A DNA stretch of 64,000 bases from Escherichia phage ECML-134: the sequence record JX128259; one strand, 5' to 3'. Positions 1 through 8,992 of this stretch are shown here, piece after piece. A model generated the notes under the pieces. It was not told where the DNA came from. It ran no database searches and worked only from the letters and a program-made list of their open reading frames with translations. The translations under genes were made by a program, and so were the position numbers. The first letter of the stretch is position 1, and each line of letters begins with the position of its first letter.

Positions 1-305
1 CTGTCCATTGGATTTTTTATAAAAAAGTAAAATACGAACGATGATATAGGAAGACTAATGATATACCACAGAAGAACCTTCTTATCTGTGAACCAATCAG
101 CATTCGTTAACTTAGCGCGACCATTTTGAATACACACGAATTTATCATCTGTTACAGTAAATGGCTTAGTTACTTGATATCCCATTCTAAACTCCCTAAT
201 TAATCGTTTCTTTGTATCTTCGGAACAACCATTCCAGTCAACTCTATCAACTGAAATGCCATCATCCCCATCATCTAAATCATACCAGCGAGTTTTTAAA
301 ATCAT
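1..305 (-). CDS. hypothetical protein, N-terminal part only (ORF runs off the window start)
   Basis: ATG at 303-305 (minus) overlapping stop of 302..664; open frame to position 1 (about 101 codons, no stop). Confidence 0.4.
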   Translation of the reverse strand, partial: MILKTRWYDLDDGDDGISVDRVDWNGCSEDTKKRLIREFRMGYQVTKPFTVTDDKFVCIQNGRAKLTNADWFTDKKVLLWYIISLPISSFVFYFFIKNPMD

Positions 306-664
306 TTAATTTTCCTGCAATCACTCACAAACTCTTTCATTGCTTCATTTTCAATATAAGAAATGTAGCTATTATATTCTTTTAATTGTATTTTGTAATC
401 CTTTTTTCTTTGCCAATTTATTTTAAAATTATCATAATGAAAATATAAAATGATACCAAAGAATGAAAACAATGAAATAATTTTAGTATAACAAAGCTCA
501 CTCCAAACTTCTATTATATCTACTGTACCACTGATTTTTAAAATAAAACAGTCAATTAATAGTCCAATAAGACTACCTGTAAGAGCTGCAGCCAACGCCA
601 CAGCAAAAATTAAAAATGACTCAGGAAGCGAATATTTGACTTTATTTAGTTTTGGCTTTTGCAT
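302..664 (-). CDS. small membrane protein (paralog of 646..1059)
   Basis: 120 aa ORF; hydrophobic helices; C-terminal W-x-K...EY...MKEFV...CRK region shared with neighbour. Confidence 0.6.
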   Translation of the reverse strand: MQKPKLNKVKYSLPESFLIFAVALAAALTGSLIGLLIDCFILKISGTVDIIEVWSELCYTKIISLFSFFGIILYFHYDNFKINWQRKKDYKIQLKEYNSYISYIENEAMKEFVSDCRKIK

Positions 665-1059
665 CGTGATTCCTTAACAAATTTCATAATTTCATTAAAT
701 TCATACTCAGCAAGTTTAATCTGGTGTTCCTTTTTAATGTTTTTGCACTGTGCTTTCCAATCACGTACGCGTTTACGATAATGTCTTCCTTGATACCAGT
801 ATCCTACCCAATTTACGGGTACTAATAAAAGTGGAACTATTAATGGAAGAATTAGCATTAACACAAGTATTTCGCCAGAATCAATATCAGTCATAACATC
901 TAAAACACCTCCAATAATCAATAGAATTACAAATGATATGAGTATAACAGGACCTATTAACACATCAGTAGAAATTATCTGACGCTTTAATTCATACTTC
1001 AACGGTTTACTTGGAAGGTATAGTGATGGTTTTGACATATTCTCTACATTCCTTAACAA
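646..1059 (-). CDS. small membrane protein (paralog of 302..664)
   Basis: 137 aa ORF; two hydrophobic segments; C-terminal region similar to 302..664. Confidence 0.6.
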   Translation of the reverse strand: MLRNVENMSKPSLYLPSKPLKYELKRQIISTDVLIGPVILISFVILLIIGGVLDVMTDIDSGEILVLMLILPLIVPLLLVPVNWVGYWYQGRHYRKRVRDWKAQCKNIKKEHQIKLAEYEFNEIMKFVKESRCKSQN

Positions 1060-1615
1060 ATTTTTCTAGTAATAAATCACTTTCAAAATTAGGATTTTCC
1101 ACTAATTTATCAAAAAGATCATCAACAATAGTTAAGATATTCTTTTTACTAAGAATACGTTTATTTTCATGCTTCGTTTCAGAATCAACTATAAGAGTAA
1201 AGAAATATTTCTTTCCCTGAAATTTTACAGTAGTATCAATATAAAATAAATTTGACTTTTGTAAATTACGTTTAAACCATGCGTCACTTAAACTATAAAC
1301 ACCGAGATAATCAAAATCGTCGTTTAAATAACAAACTGTCCATTCAGGAGAAATGAAATCAGTAAATTCAACATCAAAATCGCATGTCAATGAATAAATT
1401 GATTCAATACTGTTAATAAGTATTCCAGGACGTATTAAAGACTTTTTACCTCTGGAAAATCTTCCAGAAAGACTTTCATCAGTTTCATATGAAGAACCCC
1501 AATAATAATTACGTCCTTCTGCCATACGTTTAAGAGCATTTAGCAATTGGTCTGGAACATCAACCTGTCTTTGGAACTCTTCAAACATTGAATTGAAATC
1601 ACTTTGCATTTTCAT
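1007..1615 (-). CDS. hypothetical protein
   Basis: 202 aa ORF, no recognisable motif. Confidence 0.55.
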   Translation of the reverse strand: MKMQSDFNSMFEEFQRQVDVPDQLLNALKRMAEGRNYYWGSSYETDESLSGRFSRGKKSLIRPGILINSIESIYSLTCDFDVEFTDFISPEWTVCYLNDDFDYLGVYSLSDAWFKRNLQKSNLFYIDTTVKFQGKKYFFTLIVDSETKHENKRILSKKNILTIVDDLFDKLVENPNFESDLLLEKFVKECREYVKTITIPSK

Positions 1616-1631
1616 TCCTATTTACTCCAAG

Positions 1632-1650
1632 TAATAGGGGCCGAAGCCCC
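1632..1650 (-). terminator. C(UUCG)G-type stable hairpin between genes (weak terminator or RNA stabiliser)
   Basis: minus-strand GGGGC-UUCG-GCCCC directly after stop of 1657..2250; no U-run. Confidence 0.35.
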
Positions 1651-1656
1651 TTATCA

Positions 1657-2250
1657 TTATTTCAGAGAATTAATGTATTCCTGAACATCGGCAGAGGTAG
1701 TTTCAACCCCAGAAATATTACCATTAAAGGTTTCAACTCGAGCAAGAGTATCTTCAATATCAACCTTAGTCAGCGCTGCAATTTCAACTACATCATCGGC
1801 AGTACTAATTCCAAGGGCATTCGCTGCACGAGTTTCACGGATATATTCCAATTTAACTGCAAGTTCTTGGCGAGCATCATCTAACTCAACTACTTTCTTA
1901 GCGATTTCAATTCGCATTTCAGCATAACCATCAGCTTTAGTAGTCAGCTGTTCAGCTGTTCGACGATATAGCAAACCGAGTTTAGCATGCATTGTTACAT
2001 CTTGACCTTCGGAAAGAAGCTTGCGAATTTCACGCTCTTTTGATTCAGCCTGTTTATTCTTTTCAACAATAAGTTCACGAATACGTTTTTCTTCATTAAT
2101 AGATTTAACAGAAGCAGTTTTTAGGTCTTTAATTTTATCAAGCAGTTTTGCTGCTGCGACAGTATACTGTTCTTCAACAGATAGATTTTTAGCCATAGCA
2201 GAACCAAGTTTAGTGCGAATAAACTCAACAATTTTCTTCAGTGTGTTCAT
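1657..2250 (-). CDS. PspA/IM30-like coiled-coil protein (tentative)
   Basis: 197 aa; helical, charged heptad-rich sequence; segments resemble remembered E. coli PspA. Confidence 0.5.
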   Translation of the reverse strand: MNTLKKIVEFIRTKLGSAMAKNLSVEEQYTVAAAKLLDKIKDLKTASVKSINEEKRIRELIVEKNKQAESKEREIRKLLSEGQDVTMHAKLGLLYRRTAEQLTTKADGYAEMRIEIAKKVVELDDARQELAVKLEYIRETRAANALGISTADDVVEIAALTKVDIEDTLARVETFNGNISGVETTSADVQEYINSLK

Positions 2251-2327
2251 AGTATTTCCTTAGGTTGATTAAGATTTAAAATCCGTGAGAGTATTAGTAT
2301 TATACTCTATCTTCAAGTTATGGGCTC

Positions 2328-2357
2328 ATAATATCTCAATCATGAGCCCGTGTAAAC
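2328..2357 (-). promoter_or_regulatory. sigma70-type early promoter (GTTTACA-17-TATTAT) with spacer inside a palindrome
   Basis: minus-strand -35 at 2351-2357, -10 at 2328-2333; palindrome GGGCTCAT/ATGAGCCC 2322-2349. Confidence 0.5.
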
Positions 2358-2621
2358 TTATTTCATATTATTGAAATATTCTTCTACGATTTCATCGTTA
2401 TCATGGTAAACTTTAGAAGACAGTTTAACATAACCTTCAGCAGTGAACATGTTAATCACAACCTTTACAGTATACCACTGACCGTCTTCATTACCCATTA
2501 CTGCATAGGTTTCAAACATCGGATGGTCAGGACCGATAACTTTAATATCATTCACTGTACGACCAAAATCTTCTGAAACACATTTCATAAAGAAGTTGAA
2601 CAGTTCGCCGTAATTATCCAT
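2358..2621 (-). CDS. hypothetical protein
   Basis: 87 aa from internal ATG preceded by GGAG; track ORF 2358..2675 has an upstream extension. Confidence 0.55.
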   Translation of the reverse strand: MDNYGELFNFFMKCVSEDFGRTVNDIKVIGPDHPMFETYAVMGNEDGQWYTVKVVINMFTAEGYVKLSSKVYHDNDEIVEEYFNNMK

Positions 2622-2665
2622 TTCGTTCTCCAAGTTGTTTTTCTGTATCAGTAGTTGATAGTTGT

Positions 2666-2695
2666 ATAGTACCATGGAAGAACAGGGATGTAAAC
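2666..2695 (-). promoter_or_regulatory. sigma70-type early promoter (GTTTACA-17-TACTAT)
   Basis: minus-strand -35 at 2689-2695, -10 at 2666-2671, upstream of 2358..2621. Confidence 0.5.
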
Positions 2696-2861
2696 AGTTT
2701 TGTGAAAAAATTTTTAAAAAGTTTTGGGGAATTCTAGGGCGGGGAGGGGCAATTAAAGGATAGGATAATATATTATAAAGGGTATAAACTAAATGATGCC
2801 TAGAGAGGTCCAGAAAGGCCTAGATACCAAAAAGCCCTATCATTTAGATAGGGATTTAAAA

Positions 2862-3425
2862 TTATTTACCTAGTTTAGTTATTATAGCTTCTGCAGCAGC
2901 TTTTAGCTTAGATGCAGTGTTAATACGATTTTTAATTTCAGTATACGCATCGCCAAGAACATCAAGGCTATCAGAATAAACACTTACACTATTGCGTTCG
3001 CTATTTGAAATAGAACCTTTAGTTTTACGATCAAAATCGGTGTACACGTCTTGAAGATCGCGGGCTGCCTTCTTTGCATCATCCAATGCATCAAGAGCTT
3101 TATTCAAAGCATTGACATATTTTTTAGTGTCAAACATATTCTTAGAAATTTTAACAGGTACACGTTCAGGAGTAGCTAATGCAGATTTAGGAACCTGAGC
3201 GCCAGATGCCAATTTCTTAGAAATTTTGAAAAATGCTTTATTAAAACTATTTTCTTGGCTCATCGTAAAAGAACTGTTATCGATGTTATACATTTCAATA
3301 GCTTTAGCTTTCCACTTAAGAAAATCGCCGCGGTCTTTTGGGTCCAAGTGGAAGAATACTTTAGTAAGATCTGCTTCAGATGGTAATTTTGCTGCTTCGG
3401 TTAAAAATTCTGCATAGGTTTTCAT
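2862..3425 (-). CDS. internal head protein with capsid targeting sequence (IPIII-like)
   Basis: 187 aa; N-terminus MKTYAEFLTEA matches the T4 internal-protein CTS ending in a gp21 cleavage site (L-x-E). Confidence 0.7.
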   Translation of the reverse strand: MKTYAEFLTEAAKLPSEADLTKVFFHLDPKDRGDFLKWKAKAIEMYNIDNSSFTMSQENSFNKAFFKISKKLASGAQVPKSALATPERVPVKISKNMFDTKKYVNALNKALDALDDAKKAARDLQDVYTDFDRKTKGSISNSERNSVSVYSDSLDVLGDAYTEIKNRINTASKLKAAAEAIITKLGK

Positions 3426-3515
3426 TTAAAATCCTTGAAATAATCTATCGGTTGGTTATTAATTATTTATTACTTTGTTATTATCCGTAACAGCGTTATC
3501 CGAGTGATTCAAACT

Positions 3516-3542
3516 AAAAAGCCCCAACCTTTCGGCTGGGGC
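3516..3542 (-). terminator. intrinsic terminator
   Basis: minus-strand GC-rich hairpin (GCCCCAGCCGAAAGGTTGGGGC) followed by UUUUU; downstream of 3551..4024. Confidence 0.65.
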
Positions 3543-3550
3543 TAAGAATG

Positions 3551-4024
3551 TTATTTGATTTGTTTAGCAGACCAAATGCGGTCTTTAATAATTTTTTGGA
3601 TGTCTTCAACATACTCAAGAGAGTGAGCATGTGGGTTATCTTTGAAACTATAAGCACGAGCTAGCTTTTGACCTTCGGTTTTGATTACTAAAAGCTCTTT
3701 AAGGATAGCTTCATATTTAGCGATAATTCCTTTAACGATATTTTTTTCTTGTGCAGCTTTAGGATCTGCTTTAGGAGCAGGTTTACCCGAAGCCTTTGCA
3801 AAAGCAGCGCCAGTAGCAACTAGACTTTTCCAGGCCATACTAACCGCATTTCCTGTAAATCCTTCTGCTTTCATGTCACGAGCAAATTGGAATCGCGATT
3901 CGTCAGAAGCATCTTTATAAGAATATTTACCCGCTGCAATGGCTGCTTTTGCGACAGCTTGAATTTCGGTGCTAGATGCTTCATTTAACACCGCTTCATT
4001 TAAAAATTGAGTATATGATTTCAT
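3551..4024 (-). CDS. internal head protein with capsid targeting sequence
   Basis: 157 aa; N-terminus MKSYTQFLNEA (CTS-like). Confidence 0.65.
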   Translation of the reverse strand: MKSYTQFLNEAVLNEASSTEIQAVAKAAIAAGKYSYKDASDESRFQFARDMKAEGFTGNAVSMAWKSLVATGAAFAKASGKPAPKADPKAAQEKNIVKGIIAKYEAILKELLVIKTEGQKLARAYSFKDNPHAHSLEYVEDIQKIIKDRIWSAKQIK

Positions 4025-4064
4025 CTTATTTCCTGTTTTAATTCGTGGATTTAATATACTACTA

Positions 4065-4072
4065 TATTTATA
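4065..4072 (-). promoter_or_regulatory. T4-type late promoter core (TATAAATA)
   Basis: plus TATTTATA = minus TATAAATA, about 40 nt upstream of the ATG at 4024. Confidence 0.5.
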
Positions 4073-4074
4073 CC

Positions 4075-4101
4075 AAAAAGCCCCAACCTTTCGGTCGGGG
4101 C
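4075..4101 (-). terminator. intrinsic terminator ending the tRNA/stable-RNA transcription unit
   Basis: near-identical copy of the 3516..3542 hairpin plus U-run, minus strand. Confidence 0.65.
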
Positions 4102-4104
4102 TAA

Positions 4105-4418
4105 GCCTTGCGGCAACCTTGTCGGGGTTCCACCTGCTAAGGCAAGTGTTTGTACGAAACGCCGGGATTCGAACCCGGTTATTAAGTAGTTGACGCTACT
4201 CAATATTTTTAAAAGGCCATATCTCGACCATATCCGAACGTTCCGTCAAAAACGCTACTCGGCTTATGGCAAAGATATTTCCTCGAATCGATAATTCGGT
4301 GCGCCGTTTCTGCTGTGATATAAGGGGGCATTAACAAAACATAAAGATTTATTAATGCCAGTCCTTAAACAGGGAACATCAGTCCGACGACTTGCCGGTA
4401 GCGACCCGGCTTCTTGTC
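4105..4418 (-). ncRNA. putative stable small RNA(s) with tRNA-like T-arm (species 1/2-like)
   Basis: no ORF; sits between tRNA-Arg and the terminator; T-arm-like CCGGG-TTCGAAT-CCCGG (plus 4162-4178); repeated GAGTAGCGT motif; no canonical cloverleaf. Confidence 0.35.
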
Positions 4419-4494
4419 TGGTCGAGGCAGTAGGGATCGAACCTACGACCCAGGACTTAGAAGGTCCTTGCTCTTCCTTCTGAGCTATGCCTCG
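4419..4494 (-). tRNA. tRNA-Arg (anticodon TCT)
   Basis: manual cloverleaf: acceptor CGAGGCA/TGCCTCG, loop CTTCTAA, T-loop TTCGATC, encoded CCA. Confidence 0.8.
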
Positions 4495-4498
4495 TATT

Positions 4499-4573
4499 TG
4501 GCGGACGTGATAGGATTCGAACCTATAACCAATCGCTTAACAGGCGATCGCTCTGCCATTGAGCTACACATCC
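4499..4573 (-). tRNA. tRNA-Asn (anticodon GTT)
   Basis: manual cloverleaf: acceptor GGATGTG/CACGTCC (one G-U), loop CTGTTAA, T-loop TTCGAAT, CCA. Confidence 0.75.
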
Positions 4574-4577
4574 AAAT

Positions 4578-4664
4578 TGGTGGGGAGTGGTGGAGTCGAA
4601 CCACCCGAGTCGCAATGACAATGGATTTACAGTCCACACCGCTACCTCTACGGGATAACTCCCC
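4578..4664 (-). tRNA. tRNA-Tyr (anticodon GTA), long variable arm
   Basis: manual cloverleaf: acceptor GGGGAGT/ACTCCCC, loop CTGTAAA, long variable arm, CCA. Confidence 0.7.
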
Positions 4665-4673
4665 AAATTAATT

Positions 4674-4748
4674 TGGTGGCCCTGGGTGGAATTGAACCAC
4701 CATCTGGCGATTATGAGTCGCTTGCTTGAACCTTCCAGCTACAGGGCC
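4674..4748 (-). tRNA. tRNA with CAT anticodon (Ile2-type or Met)
   Basis: manual cloverleaf: acceptor GGCCCTG/CAGGGCC, loop CTCATAA, CCA. Confidence 0.75.
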
Positions 4749-4749
4749 T

Positions 4750-4825
4750 TGGTGCTGATTGACGGAATCGAACCGCCGACCTTCTCATTACAAGTGAGTT
4801 GCTCTACCTACTGAGCTAAATCAGC
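4750..4825 (-). tRNA. tRNA-Thr (anticodon TGT)
   Basis: manual cloverleaf: acceptor GCTGATT/AATCAGC, loop CTTGTAA, T-loop TTCGATT, CCA. Confidence 0.8.
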
Positions 4826-4830
4826 AAAAC

Positions 4831-4920
4831 TGGCGGAGGCGATAGGATTTGAACCTATGAGTCGCCGGAGCGACTTCCGGTTTTCAAGACCGGTGCATTA
4901 AACCACTCTGCCACGCCTCC
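4831..4920 (-). tRNA. tRNA-Ser (anticodon TGA), long variable arm
   Basis: manual cloverleaf: acceptor GGAGGCG/CGCCTCC, loop CTTGAAA, long variable arm, CCA. Confidence 0.8.
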
Positions 4921-4926
4921 AAATAT

Positions 4927-5577
4927 TTATATATTGTTAATTTGATTTAGAATTCTTTTTGCTTGAGTATGACTTACGCCAATATGCTTAGCATATTTAG
5001 ATAATTCACCACGTTTAGAAAAATCATATAATTTAGAAATTTCTATTCTTCTTTTTCTTTCATCCGCAGAAACTTTTGCTTCGTTTGCTTTTGCTATTTT
5101 ACGTTTAGCTTCTTGAGAATGAGTTTTACCAGCAAAGCCATTCTTCATTAATCCATTTGAAGACCATCCTTTTAATTTTCCGTTAGAATGTGCCTTTTTA
5201 ACACCCAATGAAATTAATTCGCGTTGCTGGTCTGTCATAGGATAATTATTTATATGATCCCATCCACCTTCACCGCCAAGTTTTAAATTATACACATCTG
5301 GTCTATTTAAAAACTCTTCTGTAACAATATTTTTCTCGGCTTTAAGCATAGATTCTTTATCATCAAAATACTCTAATATTTCTTTAGAAAAATTTTCTAT
5401 GCCATACTTATCTTGGGCTCTTTTTAATAATTTACCAGAACCCATATATCCATCATCTAAATTTTCGGTAGAATGCACACCAATATAAATTTTATTATTA
5501 ATTTTATTTGTTATTTTATAAAGATAAAAATGCATATCAGTCCCTAATAAAGAACTGAGCGTCTCACGACGAGTCAT
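4927..5577 (-). CDS. segB: GIY-YIG homing endonuclease (SegB-like) inside the tRNA cluster
   Basis: 216 aa; N-terminal GIY-YIG module (YLYKITNKINNKIYIGVHS, NxxxGG); position between tRNA sub-clusters. Confidence 0.8.
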   Translation of the reverse strand: MTRRETLSSLLGTDMHFYLYKITNKINNKIYIGVHSTENLDDGYMGSGKLLKRAQDKYGIENFSKEILEYFDDKESMLKAEKNIVTEEFLNRPDVYNLKLGGEGGWDHINNYPMTDQQRELISLGVKKAHSNGKLKGWSSNGLMKNGFAGKTHSQEAKRKIAKANEAKVSADERKRRIEISKLYDFSKRGELSKYAKHIGVSHTQAKRILNQINNI

Positions 5578-5581
5578 AAAT

Positions 5582-5655
<74 letters not shown>

Positions 5656-5660
5656 AAATT

Positions 5661-5747
5661 TGGTGCGAGAAGTGGGACTCGAACCCACAAGGAAATCATT
5701 CCGCAGCATTTTAAGTGCTGTGCCTTTACCAATTTGACCATTCTCGC
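5661..5747 (-). tRNA. tRNA-Leu (anticodon TAA), long variable arm
   Basis: manual cloverleaf: acceptor GCGAGAA/TTCTCGC, loop CTTAAAA, long variable arm, CCA. Confidence 0.8.
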
Positions 5748-5748
5748 G

Positions 5749-5821
5749 CTGGGAATAAAGGACTCGAACCTTTGCATCCTGGAATCAAAATCCAGTGCCT
5801 TACCAACTTGGCTAATTCCCA
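5749..5821 (-). tRNA. tRNA-Gln (anticodon TTG), CCA not encoded
   Basis: manual cloverleaf: acceptor TGGGAAT/ATTCCCA, loop TTTTGAT; 3' end abuts tRNA-Leu. Confidence 0.75.
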
Positions 5822-5918
5822 ATTATTAACAAAGGCTCTCTAACAAGAACCCTTGATGATAGAGGGTATTAATCAGTGCGGTATGAGTTAATAATAACAA
5901 ATAATTCTTAAAGCATAT

Positions 5919-6206
5919 TTACCATTTATGATAATACGTATTTACGATACATTCAAGACTTAAAGGATTCTTGAAAATATCATATTCAAGAGGACCTTTT
6001 TCTGTTTCAATAAAGAAATCAAAATTTACTGTATTAAATTTACGGTCTTCCTTCACTAATTTAACCTGAGAAGATGAACGGTCAATGTAAACCTTTTCAA
6101 CTTCAAAACATGTTAAAATGCCATAATCATCAATCAAGGCTTTAGCTGCTTCTTGATCATATTTATATCCATTTTCAACGGATGATACTTTCGCATAAAG
6201 AATCAT
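5919..6206 (-). CDS. hypothetical protein
   Basis: 95 aa ORF. Confidence 0.5.
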   Translation of the reverse strand: MILYAKVSSVENGYKYDQEAAKALIDDYGILTCFEVEKVYIDRSSSQVKLVKEDRKFNTVNFDFFIETEKGPLEYDIFKNPLSLECIVNTYYHKW

Positions 6207-6208
6207 TA

Positions 6209-6592
6209 TCAGCCTTCATCAACAATAGTATGAGTATGGGCATTTACGATTTGCCACCAATCAAAGCGATTAGAACCATACATCGGTTTGTTTTCATTTT
6301 CTTTGATAATATCACGGAGTTCATCTTCGGTAGCGGCTTTCGCGATTAAATCAGCATATCCACCACGAGGATAATAATTATCACCTGCAAAAAGTAAAAA
6401 ATTTGGTGTAATATTATTGAACTCTTCAAGAGTAATAACTGTTCCTGATGGTAGTTGAACAATCTCTACATAGTTATATCCTAATTTTTGAGCAGCATCT
6501 ACTGCTTCAAGCAGAGTATCATGAGCCCGTCCTATTTGGCAATTTGGCTTTTTAGATGGATTAGCCTGATAATCCGCGTACACTTTATACAT
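6209..6592 (-). CDS. hypothetical protein
   Basis: 127 aa from ATG preceded by AAGGTG; track ORF 6209..6631 has an upstream extension. Confidence 0.55.
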   Translation of the reverse strand: MYKVYADYQANPSKKPNCQIGRAHDTLLEAVDAAQKLGYNYVEIVQLPSGTVITLEEFNNITPNFLLFAGDNYYPRGGYADLIAKAATEDELRDIIKENENKPMYGSNRFDWWQIVNAHTHTIVDEG

Positions 6593-6593
6593 T

Positions 6594-6779
6594 CTATTCA
6601 CCTTTAGAAATTTTATCCATAGCAATAGCAATTAAACCAATTAAAAATGCTACTACAAGTGAAAACACATTTTCTGCTGTAGTTAATAATCCGCATATAA
6701 ATCCAACAAACATTGAAAAACTAAAAGCGGAAGCAGAAATTGCAATAGCAACATTTCGAATTAATTCACAGCGTTTCAT
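6594..6779 (-). CDS. small hydrophobic membrane protein
   Basis: 61 aa, two hydrophobic helices. Confidence 0.5.
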   Translation of the reverse strand: MKRCELIRNVAIAISASAFSFSMFVGFICGLLTTAENVFSLVVAFLIGLIAIAMDKISKGE

Positions 6780-6807
6780 TTTATTCTCCTCAGTAGTTGA
6801 TAGGGTA

Positions 6808-6837
6808 ATAGTATCACTACCCTATCTAAAAGTAAAC
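6808..6837 (-). promoter_or_regulatory. early promoter embedded in palindrome GATAGGGTA...TACCCTATC
   Basis: minus-strand -35 GTTTAC(T) at 6831-6837, -10 TACTAT at 6808-6813; palindrome arms 6799-6807 and 6818-6826. Confidence 0.5.
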
Positions 6838-7071
6838 TTATTTTTTACGAAAAATTGATTTATTTTCTGCTGCCCATTTTTCAATAACTGCAGCAGGACC
6901 AGTAACAACAATTTTATCACCGTAATCTTCTGCAGCGAGTTGACCGAAATTATCTAATGCATCACGAAGAACTCCATGAGGCATTTCGCCCATTTTATCT
7001 TTCTTGCCAATGTAAATAAACTCAACTTTTACATCAGCAGCTTCAGCAATAAATTCTTGATACGTTTTCAT
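6838..7071 (-). CDS. internal head protein with capsid targeting sequence (IPI-locus type)
   Basis: 77 aa from MKTYQEFIAEA (canonical CTS); GGAG upstream; track ORF starts 6 codons earlier. Confidence 0.7.
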   Translation of the reverse strand: MKTYQEFIAEAADVKVEFIYIGKKDKMGEMPHGVLRDALDNFGQLAAEDYGDKIVVTGPAAVIEKWAAENKSIFRKK

Positions 7072-7107
7072 TTTATTCTCCAATTTCACATTTGTTTTGA
7101 TAGGGTA

Positions 7108-7137
7108 ATAGTATCACTACTAAAACCCCGTGTAAAC
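7108..7137 (-). promoter_or_regulatory. early promoter (GTTTACA-17-TACTAT), half-palindrome copy
   Basis: minus-strand -35 at 7131-7137, -10 at 7108-7113; shares the core TAATAGTATCACTA. Confidence 0.55.
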
Positions 7138-7156
7138 AACTTTGTGAAATTGTTTA

Positions 7157-7447
7157 TTACAAAAGATTTTTAGCAATAATCTTGAGATGTGCTGCAGAAA
7201 TGTGTTTAGCTTTAAACAACGCAGTTTCTTCGGCAGGAGAGATAACGATTGTAGCACCATCCTTTTTAGCAGACCACCCATCACCTAGGTAAACAGTACC
7301 TTTGATTTCTTCGCCATCAACCAGACTAATCATTGGTTTACCTTCTCGTCCTTTATTTGCTTTAATAACTTCAGAAGTAAGAGTAGCTTCGGTAATGGTA
7401 GAAACCGGGGTAGTTGTAGTAGAAGTAAATTCTTTAAATGTTTTCAT
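7157..7447 (-). CDS. internal head protein with capsid targeting sequence
   Basis: 96 aa; N-terminus MKTFKEF... (CTS-like). Confidence 0.65.
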   Translation of the reverse strand: MKTFKEFTSTTTTPVSTITEATLTSEVIKANKGREGKPMISLVDGEEIKGTVYLGDGWSAKKDGATIVISPAEETALFKAKHISAAHLKIIAKNLL

Positions 7448-7478
7448 TTTTATTTTCCTAATTAATTTTGATGAGGTA

Positions 7479-7508
7479 ATAGTATCACTACCTCATCAGT
7501 ATGTAAAC
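7479..7508 (-). promoter_or_regulatory. early promoter embedded in palindrome GATGAGGTA...TACCTCATC
   Basis: minus-strand -35 GTTTACA at 7502-7508, -10 TACTAT at 7479-7484; palindrome arms 7470-7478 and 7489-7497. Confidence 0.55.
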
Positions 7509-7520
7509 AACTTTGTGAAA

Positions 7521-8217
<697 letters not shown>

Positions 8218-8218
<1 letters not shown>

Positions 8219-8943
8219 TATAGTACCTTTAGTGTATTTTTAATTTTAGAAAAAAGTTCTTCAAGAGAACCATCGTTTGTAATTACTAAATCGCCATCAC
8301 GAATTGGCAATCCAGCTTCTGTAATATGTGTATCATTGGATTTTTGACCAGGACGAACTACATGAATTACTGTAGCACCCATCGCCCTAGCCGCATCCAT
8401 TTCATGATCTTGACGGGTATCAGGAACGATATAATAATCATAACCTGAGTTAAATTTATCAAGATAATCTAAAGCAAATAATTTTACCCAGTACATGCGG
8501 TCGAAGTTATTAACAATCAAATCCGTACCTAGGGCTTGCATCAGACGACGGACTGACCATTGATCTTCAATATTATTTATAACGTCAGTAATTTTGTTAA
8601 ATGCTACGAAATTAACTGATTCTTTTCCTTCGTCATCAAAAACAAACACACCTTTAATTGGGCTTTTACCATTAAGATAGCAAAATGCTTGTTCCATAAT
8701 CGTGATTACTTCTAATTTAGTCAGATTTAAATTAGTCTCACGATCATAGTCAATTCCTTCAAACTCTTTACGAGTTAAGCAAGGATAGTCAGTGTTTGCT
8801 GCAAATACTCCCCATGCATAAGCCAATGCATCCTTAATAGGACCAGCAAGTTGGTATTTAACTGCAGAATAATTGCTCATGATAAAATCGGCAGTAGTAT
8901 CTTTTCCACTACGCTTTACACCGCTTAAAAAGATTAGTTTCAT
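8218..8943 (-). CDS. 1: deoxynucleoside monophosphate kinase gp1
   Basis: 241 aa from MKLIFLSG; P-loop GVKRSGKDT; T4 gene order. Confidence 0.85.
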
Positions 8944-8992
8944 GTGTTTCTCCTCAAATTTAATTAAGATTATAACACACAAAACTGAAGCA

